A stretch of 62,838 nt of DNA, filler included, from Nemertoderma westbladi (lineage: Eukaryota; Animalia; Xenacoelomorpha), in NCBI GenBank assembly GCA_032718475.1. It is 4 parts of 4 records of this genome, joined end to end, with 100 filler letters (N's around TTAATTAATTAA, not from the genome) between each part and the next. Parts side by side here need not be neighbours in the genome. Positions count along the whole stretch, not along the records: positions 33,970 to 56,192 come from JAUCBJ010002967.1; 3 more parts are not named here. One strand, written 5' to 3'. Position numbers and translations under genes: made by a program. The notes beneath the pieces were generated by a model. It was not told the DNA's origin. It ran no database searches and worked only from the letters and a program-made list of their open reading frames with translations. Below are positions 36,901 through 49,044 of the stretch, in pieces (positions within the stretch are counted from its first letter, which is position 1; each line of letters begins with the position of its first letter).

Positions 36901-38069
36901 AAACTGTAGTTGTAAAGAGGCGCCAAGCTGGGACTACTGATAAGCTGTCCATTCAGTGCCCAAAATCAGTCCAAGTCTACAACAAACTCATGGGTGGAGT
37001 AGATCTATGTGATCAAATGAAGGCCAGCTACGAGTTAGATCGAAAGTCCAGGTTTCGGTTTTATTTACGATTAATATTTGATCTATTGGATGTCAGTGTT
37101 GTTAATTCCTTCCGACTCCAGGAACAACTAACCGGTGAGAAGTCCCGACTGCTAGATTATAAACTTAATCTCGCACAGTGTCTAATTGGAAACTTCTGCA
37201 GCCGTACTAGGGAAGCTCCCACCAATTACCGCAAGAAGATTCTTCCACCAATTGTTTCTAATGCTCTGAATGCCCACATGCCTCAGCTAGATGATGGGCG
37301 AGGCAGATGTGCCCAGTGTGCTAAGCAGATAATAGATCATATATTAGATGTAAAGCCTGTCAAGTACATCTTTGCATTGTATCTGGAATCAATGCTCGCA
37401 ATTGCTTCGAAGAGTACCATAATTAGTCTAAACTTTAATTAATTAATAATTTCATAATTAGTCTGCAATAATTGTTACATTGGTACCCAGTACCTGTATA
37501 TAATAGTTCTTAGTGGGAATTTCCAGTTATAAATAATTTTCATAATTTCATTCTTTTTTGTAATTTTCTCAGTAGCCTTTATTGTTTATATGCCTGCCTG
37601 TGCTAAACTTAGTTTAATTATTAATAGTTGTTACTTTGATATATATAATGGCCCTACTCTAGCTTGCATTTCCACTTTCCAGTTAATAAAAATTTTAGTT
37701 ATTTTCGCAATTTTTCATTTTTTTCATTTTTTTTAGAAATTTCTGCTATTTTTCAGAATTTCCGGGAATTCCTAAAACTCTTGGACCTTCTTCTTGGCAC
37801 GTTTAGGTGTACACATATACTGCCAGCTAATTTGGACTGGCCAGTTCATCATAATTTCCAACAATTTATACCTTTTCATTGATTTTATTGAAAAATGCCC
37901 AGGTTCACCTTAAGGACCATAGGGACTCCGGGATCCCGGCTCAGATTTCTATGAAGGCATTGAAATTTTTCAAAGTCCTTTTGTTTTTATGTTTTTATAT
38001 CGGCCTTGACCCCAAATATTCACTTGAATCAAATGTGGCACTTCTGGAACACTTGTGGTCCTCAAAGGG
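33970..38069 (+). mobile_element. piggyBac DNA transposon (left tip lost in the gap)
   Basis: Right end GGTCCTCAAAGGG|TTAA (TTAA at 38070-38073); left remnant AGGACTGCGGGACTCCGGAGTCCC; related subterminal repeats at 34311-34340 and 37909-37940. Confidence 0.9.
35304..37442 (+). CDS. piggyBac transposase, DDD triad intact, C-terminal cysteine-rich domain frameshifted
   Basis: Motifs AVDEHM, KPIRYGFK, ASDNFFTS and YNKLMGGVDLCDQ. Confidence 0.95.
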   Translation: MESTGTPSSGSKIRKFVKPISVSGNNVYSILDCIDSDEEDDVENLLNDSDTEFFHFDGFDFESESAHNLETLEHPSCAPGLEAVIRNTEQVDRSTTDSEMIETGGLGLSSKVSTSSESSRPIEPSAKSNCVVPVERKQYPVRKRVRIVDILNRGRPKEKSKVAKKVPQAPVSVPDLAEQQQAEFSPQEPVIVRNKPIPSKNRSSKSTGNTFDKPRPIEWKRRYGPNPKLPCIYDGFPSIVGPLSDLDVFKAVTNWDSLLLMTCTQSNEYALQNGRQFVVTPDELSAFFGINFVMSIVKLPSLKDYWSTSRVMSQPIISSTMTRARFLDILQNLHVSDNKLALPRDHPNCDRAAKIRPLIDHLNASFKSVKQPAPHQAVDEHMVKYKGHQIMKQFVKGKPIRYGFKLWFRCASKTGFVEKLDIYVGKKNSGPEIGLGESVVLDLVDDLKDSFVTIASDNFFTSPNLVQKLTEMNLYSVGTCRVNRKQFPVDMLKDDKEMKRGDIDWRCSGSLVATKWVDNRSVYMLDNFINPRETVVVKRRQAGTTDKLSIQCPKSVQVYNKLMGGVDLCDQMKASYELDRKSRFRFYLRLIFDLLDVSVVNSFRLQEQLTGEKSRLLDYKLNLAQCLIGNFCSRTREAPTNYRKKILPPIVSNALNAHMPQLDDGRGRCAQCAKQIIDHILDVKPVKYIFALYLESMLAIASKSTIISLNFN

Positions 38070-39633
38070 TTAACAGACTAGCCTAACAATACTGACACCT
38101 GTACTAAATCAGTCTAAAGGGGGTCGTACCTAATGTAACAATACTGCTGCCTAGGCAAAACAACAGTCTAATAAATTATTACTCCTTTTGCCGTAACTAA
38201 ATATCAGATCCTAAATTTACAAATACGAATAGTAAATTACAAAATAGATTCCGCCTGAAAGTAACCTAAAGTAAGCTACAACTAGTAGAGCTCTAAGGGT
38301 ACATATGTTTTAGGGCGTGTGTGTGTGGGTGTGTTACAAATAAAACAATTTTGGTGTACTCCATTGTACTAGGTTTTAGTGATTTTCTGACTGAAACAAT
38401 ACCGTGCGCTAGCTACGAAAATAAGCTAGTCGCGCTCTGTAGAACTTTATACTTACAAATGACATCAAACTCTCTCCTTCCTATCCACAACTCAACCGGG
38501 CAATTACGGTGTTAGTAACTACACCCGTGATCAGGCACAAATACCAGATTCTGGTTGTAAGATAAGAAATAGGGGTTAATTGCTACCGTACGTTAGCTGA
38601 TCTGGTATACAAATTTGATTCTAGAATTTTGTTGCCGGGGTGGTTAGCAGCAATACCTATCAGTACGTGGCAAGGCGCGGTAGGATATTAATAAACCTCC
38701 CTAGGCCAAGCGAAGTGCCGGTAGCAGAAATACTCCTTGCCTGCTCAAATAACTCGGGTTCAGGCAGGGGGGGGGGGGGGGGGGGGTGGTACTAATGTAT
38801 AAACTACAAGCAAACCGGTACCGAACTGTCAGTATTGCGAATCACTAAATTATGGAACATATGCTGTCTGTACCTAATATGCACTCGCGTACTGACGAAC
38901 GGCAATAGTTCACACCTGTAGGGAATACAGGTTAATCCAGGGATTTGCAGTACAGGTTCTGCTCTGTAGCCTACTGTAGCTATTTGATCCTAAATTTTGC
39001 GGCGTCCCAGGACGGCGTCACGCTTACCCTGATCTATAGGTCTTACGGCGGGCAAGGGCGTCAAACAAAGTCGTACCTTCCTCAGAATCGGGCGCTGCAT
39101 GGCAAAGGTGGAGTATTTCGAAGGGGCGAAGGGGGTGCGCGGGCTAATCTAATGTGGGCGCTAGCGTGTTGTGGACATCTTTCCCTGCGTTGCCGACGGC
39201 CTAATGGTTTATGCAGCCATCCTCCAAATGCTGGGCTGTCCCAATGGTGGACAAAGGGAAATATACATGTTCAAAGTTTACAGTATATTTAGAGTAATTT
39301 ACAAAAGAGTTTATCAACCAAATTTACATAAGTTTCAACAAGAAACTTAACAAATGTAACTAAAGAATGGTGATAAAGCAACGATTGTTAGAAATAACAA
39401 GGTTAACAAGATTGGAGACAAGTGATAACCGAAGGCAAACCAGCCCTTATATAGCAAATCTGGGACATAGAATCCGCTAGAACCTTCCAGAGCATTCCAT
39501 GGCCTCACATTGGAGCAATAAGATGTTGTATGCCCTATGATTGGCCCAACTCATCGTTCCATACGTTGTACGCACCTCATTGGCTTATCTAATTAGATCA
39601 AAGTGAAAATAAATTGCCCAATAATGCAAATTT

Positions 39634-39703
39634 CCCGACCGGGATTCGAACTCGTAACCTAGTTGTAATGTAACCAACGCCTTAACCATCTGACCATTGC
39701 GCC
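39634..39703 (-). other. tRNA-derived Pol III head (pseudo-tRNA or SINE)
   Basis: A box TGGTCAGATGG and B box GAGTTCGAATCC; no complete cloverleaf. Weaker tRNA-like heads at ~39945, 40200-40290 and 58135-58220. Confidence 0.5.
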
Positions 39704-41115
39704 AATAGAGTTACCTATGTGTTTATGTGTACCAATATGAATAGGCATATTACACTACTGTAATTTAATCAAAATGCGTCGGATTTTAAAAAGTTTTTAC
39801 GTTAAGCTACAAATGCTACCTTATAGTGAAATAATCCATCACTGGCCTACATCGATAAACGGTATAAAGCGTTTGAAACTAAAAAAAACCTCAACAAAAG
39901 AAGTCAAGCGGCAAACTGAAGAATAGAATATCATAAAAAGTTTATCCCGAATGGGAATAGACCCACTAACATCTCTACTATCAAATTCGCTTCTAGTATC
40001 AAAGTCAATCAATTAAAATGCATAGGCACTTCTTAAATAACATAAATATCTAAAATAAATCTTAGATTTTATTTGAATGGGATATGGGAAATCACCATAA
40101 TATGCCTATACATTAAATAAAATAATACTCTAATAAATATTAATTCCCTATCTAAGAATTTTACAAAACCAAATAATTTTCTTAGTAAACAGTAGTATCT
40201 CCAGGTGGGTTTGAATCCGGTTTCTCGAATTCCAAGTCCAACTCTACCAAGTGAGCTAAACAAAGTGGAAATCAACAACAATAAGAGGAACAACAAACAG
40301 AGGGGCTAGTAGAGATCTTGCAACGCGGACATCCCAGGACCCAAATTGATGCACTACCCATTGCAGAGGTAATTCAAACTCAATTACATACAAAATATAT
40401 CTACCCTCAAAATAACATATACTTTAATAGAACAAAACGAAAGAGTACCTAATTGATTATTGCAAGCTGTCTAAACAAACGTAGGCCTTCACATTTCTTC
40501 GCTAGTATTTTGTCAACTACAGTATTTTTTGTCTCTGGTGTCTATCTCTGTATGTATGAATCTATCTGCCATTAATCAGCATTTACTCGCACAGTTTCGA
40601 AACTTCGCATAGTTATAAAGGTCGTCAGTCTGCGTTTAGGAAATATATTTTATGACAAAGCAGGACGAGTGCAACGAGGCTTATAATTCGCCAGGTTGTG
40701 TTTCTCCGGGGCGACGGCAATCTCCCGAAGTACGATCCCACCGGCTCTCTCCCTCTAGTTCGACTATCGACGGTTCACTGTCCGTCCTATCTTGATGTCT
40801 CTGGTTGCCCATAGCAACATTTCCTCGTTCCTCCTTGCGTCCTCCAATTTTGGCATTATGTCCTCCTTCATGAGGTCTCGTATAGACCTCCCGGATGAAC
40901 TCTACCGTTCTCCTTCCGTCTTCCTAGTGGGCTCGACGTTTTCTTGTTTGGCCTCTTACGGCACCAACGTCCCTCCCTCTGCCTGGTTGTACGGCCTCGC
41001 GGATATTCGTTGCCCTTCTATTATCCTCCGTCGTCGGGTGCCACGGTTAACTTAACTCACCGTAATTTCTCACCGCATTTTCTGTCAACATCTGTGGGAC
41101 ATTTACTGCCCCACC

Positions 41116-44100
41116 TGTCATATCTTGTTATAATGATTACATGTGTTACCGTAGTAATGCTGGATCAGCTGTATAAACTAGAGGCTTCACCGCCATCTAA
41201 CAGCTGATCCAACCTGTCAGCACCTAGTTTTTGGTGGAGGTATATATGGTGGAGGTATATATATATGGTGGAGGTGGAGCCGTTCTTTTGATCATTAATA
41301 TAACAGTTCATCGTTGGTAACAATATCCCGTTATTATATTGCTTGGCTCTCACCAATATACACCATGGCGCTGCGAGATACTGACGCTAACGTCGGGAAT
41401 CAGGAGGACATCGATAAAACTCTGGACCTTCAACCAGAAGATGTTGAGACTCTTGGCCGCAATGAACTCAAACATCATCTGAACAAAATCGGTATTCCAT
41501 TCAAAGATAAAACGTCCACTCGAGTACTACAACAGAAACTCACTGGATAGCTGAACGGCAATGATGACCCACCAGCTGCAACTAAACCACAGTTGCGAGC
41601 TGAAGAACTGGGTGGTATGGCAGAACTTCTCGAACTTCAACAGGACGCGATGTTCTGACAATTCAACAAAATAATGCAGATTCAGGCGGAACAGTTCGAG
41701 TGGATGCTTGAAACTGTTCGAGCACACCCGGGACCAACTGAAGGAGGTAGAAACGACGCAGTCGTCATGAACCCGACTTTCCTCGCCCAGCTGAGCGGTA
41801 CAAAAGGAACCACCCATGCCCCTGAAGTCATCGAAGATGAGATCGACTTCAAGGGATTAAAATGTTGGGAAACTACCTGGCGTAACTACGCGCGTATCAC
41901 CCACCTCGAGGCAAAAACGCACGAAGAACAGGTGGCAACTTTCTTCTCGTACTGTAGCGCCGACTTCCTTAACCGCGTACAGTACGCCATCAAAATCCCG
42001 CAGGACACTGAAAAAACCATGGACGAAATCCTCGCGAACATTAAGGAGCACGTTCGAGCACAACAGAACATAACTGTTGATCGCTATAAACTAATGAGGA
42101 AACACCAAGGTGATAAGGAAATATTTGAGGACTATTATATATCACTCTGCGAGATGGTGGATGATGCTATTGTTGAGACCATGTTGAAGGACGACTGGAT
42201 CACAACCTTGATAATCTGTGGTATCCGCGACGATGACACCCGGAGGAACTTCTCGGAAAGAAACCTGCTCTCTCCCATGACGAAACTGTCAACTTCTGGA
42301 CAAATGGCGAGCTCGCCGCCCGCGACAATCAGAGACTCAAACAGAAAGTCTGCGCCATTAACACTAAACAACGCGGCTGCGGGAATGAAAACTATCAGGG
42401 TGGAAGGAATCGAAGTAAAAGCCTTCTGCACAGAGGTAAGTGTTGGAAGTGTGGGGGTGTCTCGTGTGGGGGGGCCCACGACAAAGACAAACCTTGCTCA
42501 GTGGTCTGTATCAACTGAGGTAGAAAGGGACATATCGCCAAAAGGTGCCGCCATCCGAAAAATGGTGGGGAGAAATCCTGCGCTATAATTATCGGCGCAA
42601 TCAACGAACCAGCTATTAACAATAAACCGATAATCGCGATCGCAATCAGTCCTCCCGGCACCGAACAATTGGTAGGAGTCGACTGTAGTGCGGATACTGG
42701 CTCCCAAGCAACCGCCGCGGACCACACCTCCTCCAACACCTCGGAATCTCCCGAAGGAGCTTGGGGAAGTCTGATGTTCCGCTGCAAACAGCCGACGGAT
42801 CATCGATGTTATGCCTCGGTCAGTTGAACTCTTGTTAGAACTCTCGGGCAGACAGACTCGGGAGTGGGTTTATATATGCGACGGAATGAAGAGGGACATA
42901 TTTATATCCATCAGCGCCTGTAAACAGTTGGGGATAGTTCACGAAGGTTTCCCAACTCCGCTACACAGTGGAACACAGTCGCTACTCTCACTAAGACTTC
43001 CGCTGACACTTGTAGAATAAAAGGTGAGTTGATGAACGAATTTTCCGATGTATTCAACGTCAAGGAACTCCGGGTTATGAGCAGGCCATCTATGAAAATA
43101 GAACCATACGAGGGTGCAAAGCTGTTCTCTATTTATGCAGCCCGTTCAATTCCCTACGCCTTCCGCGAGAAAGCCCGGATTGAGATCGACAACATGGTCA
43201 CCAAAGGGATTATAGAACGAGTTGGTGACCGCGCCACGGAGTGGTGCCATCCTATGGTGGTCTGCAGGAAGCCCCATAACCCAGATGAAGTAAGGATTAC
43301 GGTCGACCTCACTAAACTCAATTTGCAGGTTAAACGTCCTATGCACAACTCAAGAACCCCGTTCGACATTGTCTCTCATCGAGTTCCCGGCGCGCGATAT
43401 TTCACGGTCGTCGATGCGAAAAGCGGCTATTGGCAGGTCGAACTGGACGAAGAGTCCTGGGACTTAACGACATTTATAACTCCATGGGGAAGATATCGTT
43501 ATCGCCGAGCCCCCATGGGTTTCATTTCCACCGGGGACTCATTTAATTATCATGGGGATTTAGCGCTGGAAGGGGTCGACAACGTGAGCAAAATAGTTGA
43601 CGACATTCTAATCGAGGACGTCGAATACGAACTTCATATCTAGCGAGTTCGATCCATGTTGAACCGTTGCCGCGAACACAGTATAACGCTACACCCCGGG
43701 AAATTCAAGTTCGCCGAATCATCAGTTAAATTCGCGGGTTATAACATTTCCCAGGATGCTATTGAAGCTGATCCCGAGAAAACCCGTGCCATATCTGACT
43801 TCCCCATACCTACAAACCTCACAGAACTCAGAAGTTTCATGGGTTTAATATACCAACTAGGTTGCTTCTCGTCTGAAGTTGCAACGGCCGCAACGCGATT
43901 ACGCGAACTACTCCAAGCCAGAAACACGTTTACTTGGTTCGAAGTCCACGAGAAGTCTTTCCGGCCAGTTAAAACTGTCCTCACCCAGCCGCCCGTCTTG
44001 GCTACATTCCAAGTTAATGCTGAGACACGCTTGGAGACGGATGCTAGCCAACTCCACAGATTGGGGTTCAACCTCCTGCAAAAACATGATGAGAAATGGA

Positions 44101-44634
44101 AACTCATCACCTGCGGTAGTAGATTCCTGTCTGACCCGGAATCCCGCTATGCGATGATCGAGCGATGATCTATGCAATGATCGATCGATGCGAGGCAAAT
44201 GCAATTAAATACGCCTTTAGAAAGGGTCGATTATATCTGGCGGGTTTAAACAATTTTACCGTTGCAACCGACCACCGCCCTCTCATTTCCATATTCAACA
44301 AACAAACTCTAAATCAGGTTGAGAATGCTAAACTCCAGCGAATTAAATCCGAACTCCAGTCACACTACCAATTCACAGTTGAGTGGCAGTGTGCTGCTAA
44401 GAACCGTACCGCTGACTGTCTAAGTCGAGCTCCAGTCGATAATCCCGACAATGAGACTTGGGATGAAGTCGACGAATGGGTAATAAACGCGATCCTTCTA
44501 GCCTCCATCACTCCGGACGACGGTTCCGGGGACAACTTAATAATCGAGGAGTTGCGACGAGCCGCGTTAAGTGACGAAAACTACCAGGAGCTTATGCGAG
44601 AAACTCAGAATGACTTCAGCGGATTCAAAACTAA
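41116..44634 (+). mobile_element. Ty3/Gypsy LTR retrotransposon, pseudogenised and 3'-truncated (no integrase or 3' LTR)
   Basis: Putative LTR 41116-41365 (TG...CA); PBS TGGCGCTGCGAG (tRNA-Ser-like); gag with broken knuckle CIN*GRKGHIAKRC; protease ADTGS at ~42690; RT 43029-43643 (VDAKSGYWQV, IVDDILI); RNase H (ETDAS, SRYAMIE, TDHRPL). Confidence 0.93.
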
Positions 44635-47243
44635 CTCTCGTCACTAACTGGTTGCGGTGGGATGTCTGTAGCCCCCCCCCCCCCCCCCCCCCCACCCGTC
44701 ACTTCTCACTTTGCCCCCATGCCCGTGTTCCCCTCCAGTCTACACATTACATCTATTCTCCCTGAGTCCATTAGCCCGCCTTCCTTCCTGCGCAACCGCG
44801 CGGCCTTGTAGGCCCCCGCAAGGCGAATTACCTGTTTCCCCAACATTTGTATTAATTATACCGCCACTAGCCTCACCCTGTTGATTTGTTATATTATTAC
44901 TTGAATTATTTTGATTCATTTCACAGGAATTATTTACAACATTATTATTTCTGTACCCGGGTTATTATTCAAATTATTTTGATTATTTGGCGCACCAAAT
45001 ATTTACATTATTATTAATCAAAACATTATTTCCTGCAAGAAATGTTTCATTGGTATTAGGGTTATCTACTATGGTACTATTAATGTTAATGTTTTCATTA
45101 AATGTATTGTCATTACCCCCCCCCCCCTATCCGTCCGGTCACACCAGGTCTGTCGTCCGGTACCTGTAAGTGGGGTATTAACAAAGGTTTCCATCACCCC
45201 TGGTTCCTCATAAATACTTACCGAACCAGCCTCAATTTCCGATAAACCCATTTTTGCCAGTTCTAATTGGCGTTTTTGTTTCAACTGATACTGCATTAAT
45301 CCCCTCAACCGGGTGTGCATATCATCCCGCATTCTCTTACCAGCTATCTCTCTCTCCCTGCCCTCTCTAACACTCTGATCGGTTAACATTTCCTCCCTCG
45401 CAATCCACTCAGCTTTCCTCGCTTCTCGCTCATTGCACTCGTTCACTTCTCTATCGGCCCTCTCTGCCTCCCTTGCTTCTCACTCTTTGCGCTCATTCAC
45501 TTCTCTCTCAGCCTCCCTCGCTTCTAACTCTTTGCCATCGTTCTCTTCCCTCTCCTCACATTCTCTATAGTTCCTCGCCACCCTCTCGGCACTCTCTTCC
45601 CTTTCAGTTCTCAGTTCCCACTCAGTTCCCTTTTCCTTTCTAGTAATGCAGTCCCCTCATCCAACTGTCTTTCTAATTCCTTTTGGTCTAGCGCGACTAT
45701 GTCTAGCTGACACGCCAGATCTATCTCTAACACCCTACTTGCTTTCGCGGAGGATGTAGTGGACTTTTCGATTGCGACTGACCCCCGTCGCCTCTTTGTT
45801 CTACTAATTTTGCTGTGTCTGCTAGCATTTCTACTGACTGATGACACCGAATCTTCGGGGTTAACCTCGGGTTCGGTGTCATGCGGATCTGCCCATCCCA
45901 CTAACTTAATACCCCTTGCATCCACTAGATAGGGCCCTATGTACACTACACTAGCCGACACCACCTCGGATCGCCACAATTCGAACAGTTATGTGGCGAC
46001 CCCCCTCGCCCTCTCACTTGCTAGTTCCCATGGCCCAAATAGGACTAGGAAGTGGAAATGTTTGTTGCACTTACCTAGCCTCCGGTACAACTTGGGCTGG
46101 TCTACCTTTCCTCCCATTTTAGTGTCCATTAACAACTTCCTCGTGGCGTTGTACCCCCGTCGTATGTTATCGCTCGTCCCAACATCTTCCTCCTGGACTT
46201 GAACTTATCTCCTCGTCCAGCACCGCACCGTCAGTCCCACCATTGCCGTTCCAGTGGGCCGCTCGCTGCCTTCGGCCATTGGTTGGCCGGCGACACCGGT
46301 ACCTCGTTTGCCGCTGTGATCCCGCGTCGACTCGCATCCTTCTTCCCCTCGTTCTCGGCTGCTGTCCTCTCCGACCACCAAATCATCTCTCCTCTCCGAA
46401 TCCGGTGTGGCGGGTCGATACCGCCTCGTCGCTGCTTCCCGAATCGTCTGGTCTCTGTCGCTCGGGGTTCGCGGCGGGCTCGCTTCTCCCTCTGGACCTT
46501 GGGGCGTCTGTTGTTCGCTCATCGTTGGCGTTGGCTGTTGTCACAGTTTATTTTATTTTCTTTTGATGGCATTGACTCCGGTTTTTAACTGTGATGGGAT
46601 CCTGGAGTTGGCAGTATGGATCCCAACCGGTGCGTTGTTTGGGTTATACGCGTCGCCGCGTCCATGGGCTGCGGAAAGGCCTGATAGTATCTGAACTCTA
46701 AGGACAAAGGCCGTTTGAATAACTGAGTTTTAGTGGCAGTTGTTCGTAATGTCAGAATATAATAATGGCACAATCAAAATATAATAGCACGGTAATGACG
46801 ACGGTTAAAAACCATTCCGGTCTCACAACTCTACACATACCAACTGAATCATAAGCAATAAATACAACGGTTATATTTTCAACACATATTGGTTACTTCT
46901 ACTGTTCTAAGTGGCCTGACCAATGGATGCACTCCAATCAGGTGGTATCCTGTCCCATCATTGGCCAACCTATTAATCTCCACTTCGGCACTCCATGTTG
47001 CCACTATCCCCAATTGCTAGCCCCTTTTTCCCCTTGAGATGCTTTATGGCCTCTCAACTCTGTTCGTGGAAGGCAATGTGTATTGCCTAAGTCGGTTATT
47101 AGGTGACATTATATTAGTAATGTCACCTTCCCAACTATAATTGGTAACATTAGTAGATTTTGAGGCGGGAAAGCGAAGATAAATAATGAAAAGAAAAACC
47201 AGCGCTAGTGTCCTGAATTTCATAGTATAATATTACCAAAAAA

Positions 47244-47282
47244 GCAAACGTTTCGATTATATCACATAACCATCATCAGTGC
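47244..47282 (-). ncRNA. Minimal type I hammerhead ribozyme (inverted copy)
   Basis: Exact reverse complement of 49006-49044. Confidence 0.85.
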
Positions 47283-47630
47283 GATCAAGCAGTTCAATGC
47301 AGAGAATAAACTAATATATAATTACGAGAAAAAGCTATAAATTGCAACCTAAATATAAATACTAACTAAAGGCAAAAAATATACTATGGAATGTAAACAT
47401 GTGCACAACTACAGTAGGGCGGCCTAACCAGAAAATAAAGCTAGCTTTATACAACTAAAACCAATCTGTGTGTTAAGGGTAGGGCGTATATCTCGAATGT
47501 ACAATGACTCCTTAATTGAGGTATCGAAACTATTTGTAGCAGCACCAATAATTTTGAAATTATCAGTTGTACAGATAGCGTGATCAGTTTCTAAACAATT
47601 ATGAAATTATAGTTATCTACTCTCTACACA

Positions 47631-48863
47631 ATGCCGACTCCTGACCCTTCCCGTTTTCGAGCGCTGAACGAACCAGTAGTTGATAGTCCGATACTGATTA
47701 AGGGACTCAATAAAGAACAAATGAGAACTCTACTACGTTTTGCCCTGCATAATAATTATTTCACTTTTGACAATTCATTATTTATTCAATGTGACGGCGT
47801 GGCAATGGGGTCCCCCTTAGGCCCAGTTTTAGCTAATGCTTTTCTGGCCCATCACGAACTCAATTGGCTTCAAAATTGTCCCCCTTCGTTTAAACCTAAG
47901 TTTTACCGTCGGTATGTCGATGACACATTTATAGTTTTTGACACAATAGAACAATCCCAGCTATTTTTGTCTTACCTAAACAAACAACATCCCAACATTG
48001 AGTTCACTTGCGAATCTGAAAATAATAGTTCTATATCTTTTCTGGATATTAAAGTAACGCAGCTTAGTGATTTTGGATTTTCCACTTCAGTGTATCGAAA
48101 ACCCACATTCACTGGCCTGTACACTAGTTATTACTCCTTCATCCCCTTCCGTTACAAATTCGGCCTTGTTTTCACTTTAATTTATAGAATTTTTCATATT
48201 TCATCTAACTATACTATTTTCAACGATGCACTAATAGAACTATATTCTATTTTGTTACGCAATGGGTATCCCATGAAACTACTTAATGATATCACTAGGT
48301 TATTTATATCCCGTGCCCAGCTGCCTCAGCCAGTTCCGGCACCTACAGTAGAAAGAAAGAGCGTGTATCTAGTACTACCTTTTGCTGGTGAATTTAGTTA
48401 TTTAATTAGGAATAGATTACGTAAATTATTTAATACCAACTTTGCGCATATAGAACTCAAGGTCATTTTTAGGCCATCTGTAAGACTTGGTTCATTCTTC
48501 GGTTATAAGGACAAGCGTCCCCTTCATACCCGTTCCAAGGTTGTCTATTTATATTCCTGTGGTAGCTGCAATGCTACTTATGTAGGTAAAACTGTCAGAC
48601 ACCTTGCTGTTCGCGTAGGAGAGCATGCTGGCCGCTCCTTCCTTACCGGTAGGCTATCGGTACCGAAGGCTTCAGCCATATACGATCATTGTTTAGAAAC
48701 TGATCACGCTATCTGTACAACTGATAATTTCAAAATTATTGGTGCTGCTACAAATAGTTTCGATACCTCAATTAAGGAGTCATTGTACATTCGAGATATA
48801 CGCCCTACCCTTAACACACAGATTGGTTTTAGTTGTATAAAGCTAGCTTTATTTTCTGGTTAG
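47631..48863 (+). CDS. Penelope RT (C-terminal half) plus GIY-YIG endonuclease
   Basis: Motifs QCDGVAMGSPLGPVLAN, YRRYVDDTF, FLDI, VYRKPT and VVYLYSCGSCNATYVGKT. Confidence 0.95.
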   Translation: MPTPDPSRFRALNEPVVDSPILIKGLNKEQMRTLLRFALHNNYFTFDNSLFIQCDGVAMGSPLGPVLANAFLAHHELNWLQNCPPSFKPKFYRRYVDDTFIVFDTIEQSQLFLSYLNKQHPNIEFTCESENNSSISFLDIKVTQLSDFGFSTSVYRKPTFTGLYTSYYSFIPFRYKFGLVFTLIYRIFHISSNYTIFNDALIELYSILLRNGYPMKLLNDITRLFISRAQLPQPVPAPTVERKSVYLVLPFAGEFSYLIRNRLRKLFNTNFAHIELKVIFRPSVRLGSFFGYKDKRPLHTRSKVVYLYSCGSCNATYVGKTVRHLAVRVGEHAGRSFLTGRLSVPKASAIYDHCLETDHAICTTDNFKIIGAATNSFDTSIKESLYIRDIRPTLNTQIGFSCIKLALFSG

Positions 48864-49005
48864 GCCGCCCTACTGTAGTTGTGCACATGTTTACATTCCA
48901 TAGTATATTTTTTGCCTTTAGTTAGTATTTATATTTAGGTTGCAATTTATAGCTTTTTTCTCGTAATTATATATTAGTTTATTCTCTGCATTGAACTGCT
49001 TGATC

Positions 49006-49044
49006 GCACTGATGATGGTTATGTGATATAATCGAAACGTTTGC
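49006..49044 (+). ncRNA. Minimal type I hammerhead ribozyme
   Basis: GCA-CTGATGA-T-GGTTAT(GTGAT)ATAATC-GAAAC-GTT-TGC: conserved core, stem II and the short palindromic stem III typical of Penelope pLTR hammerheads. Confidence 0.85.
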
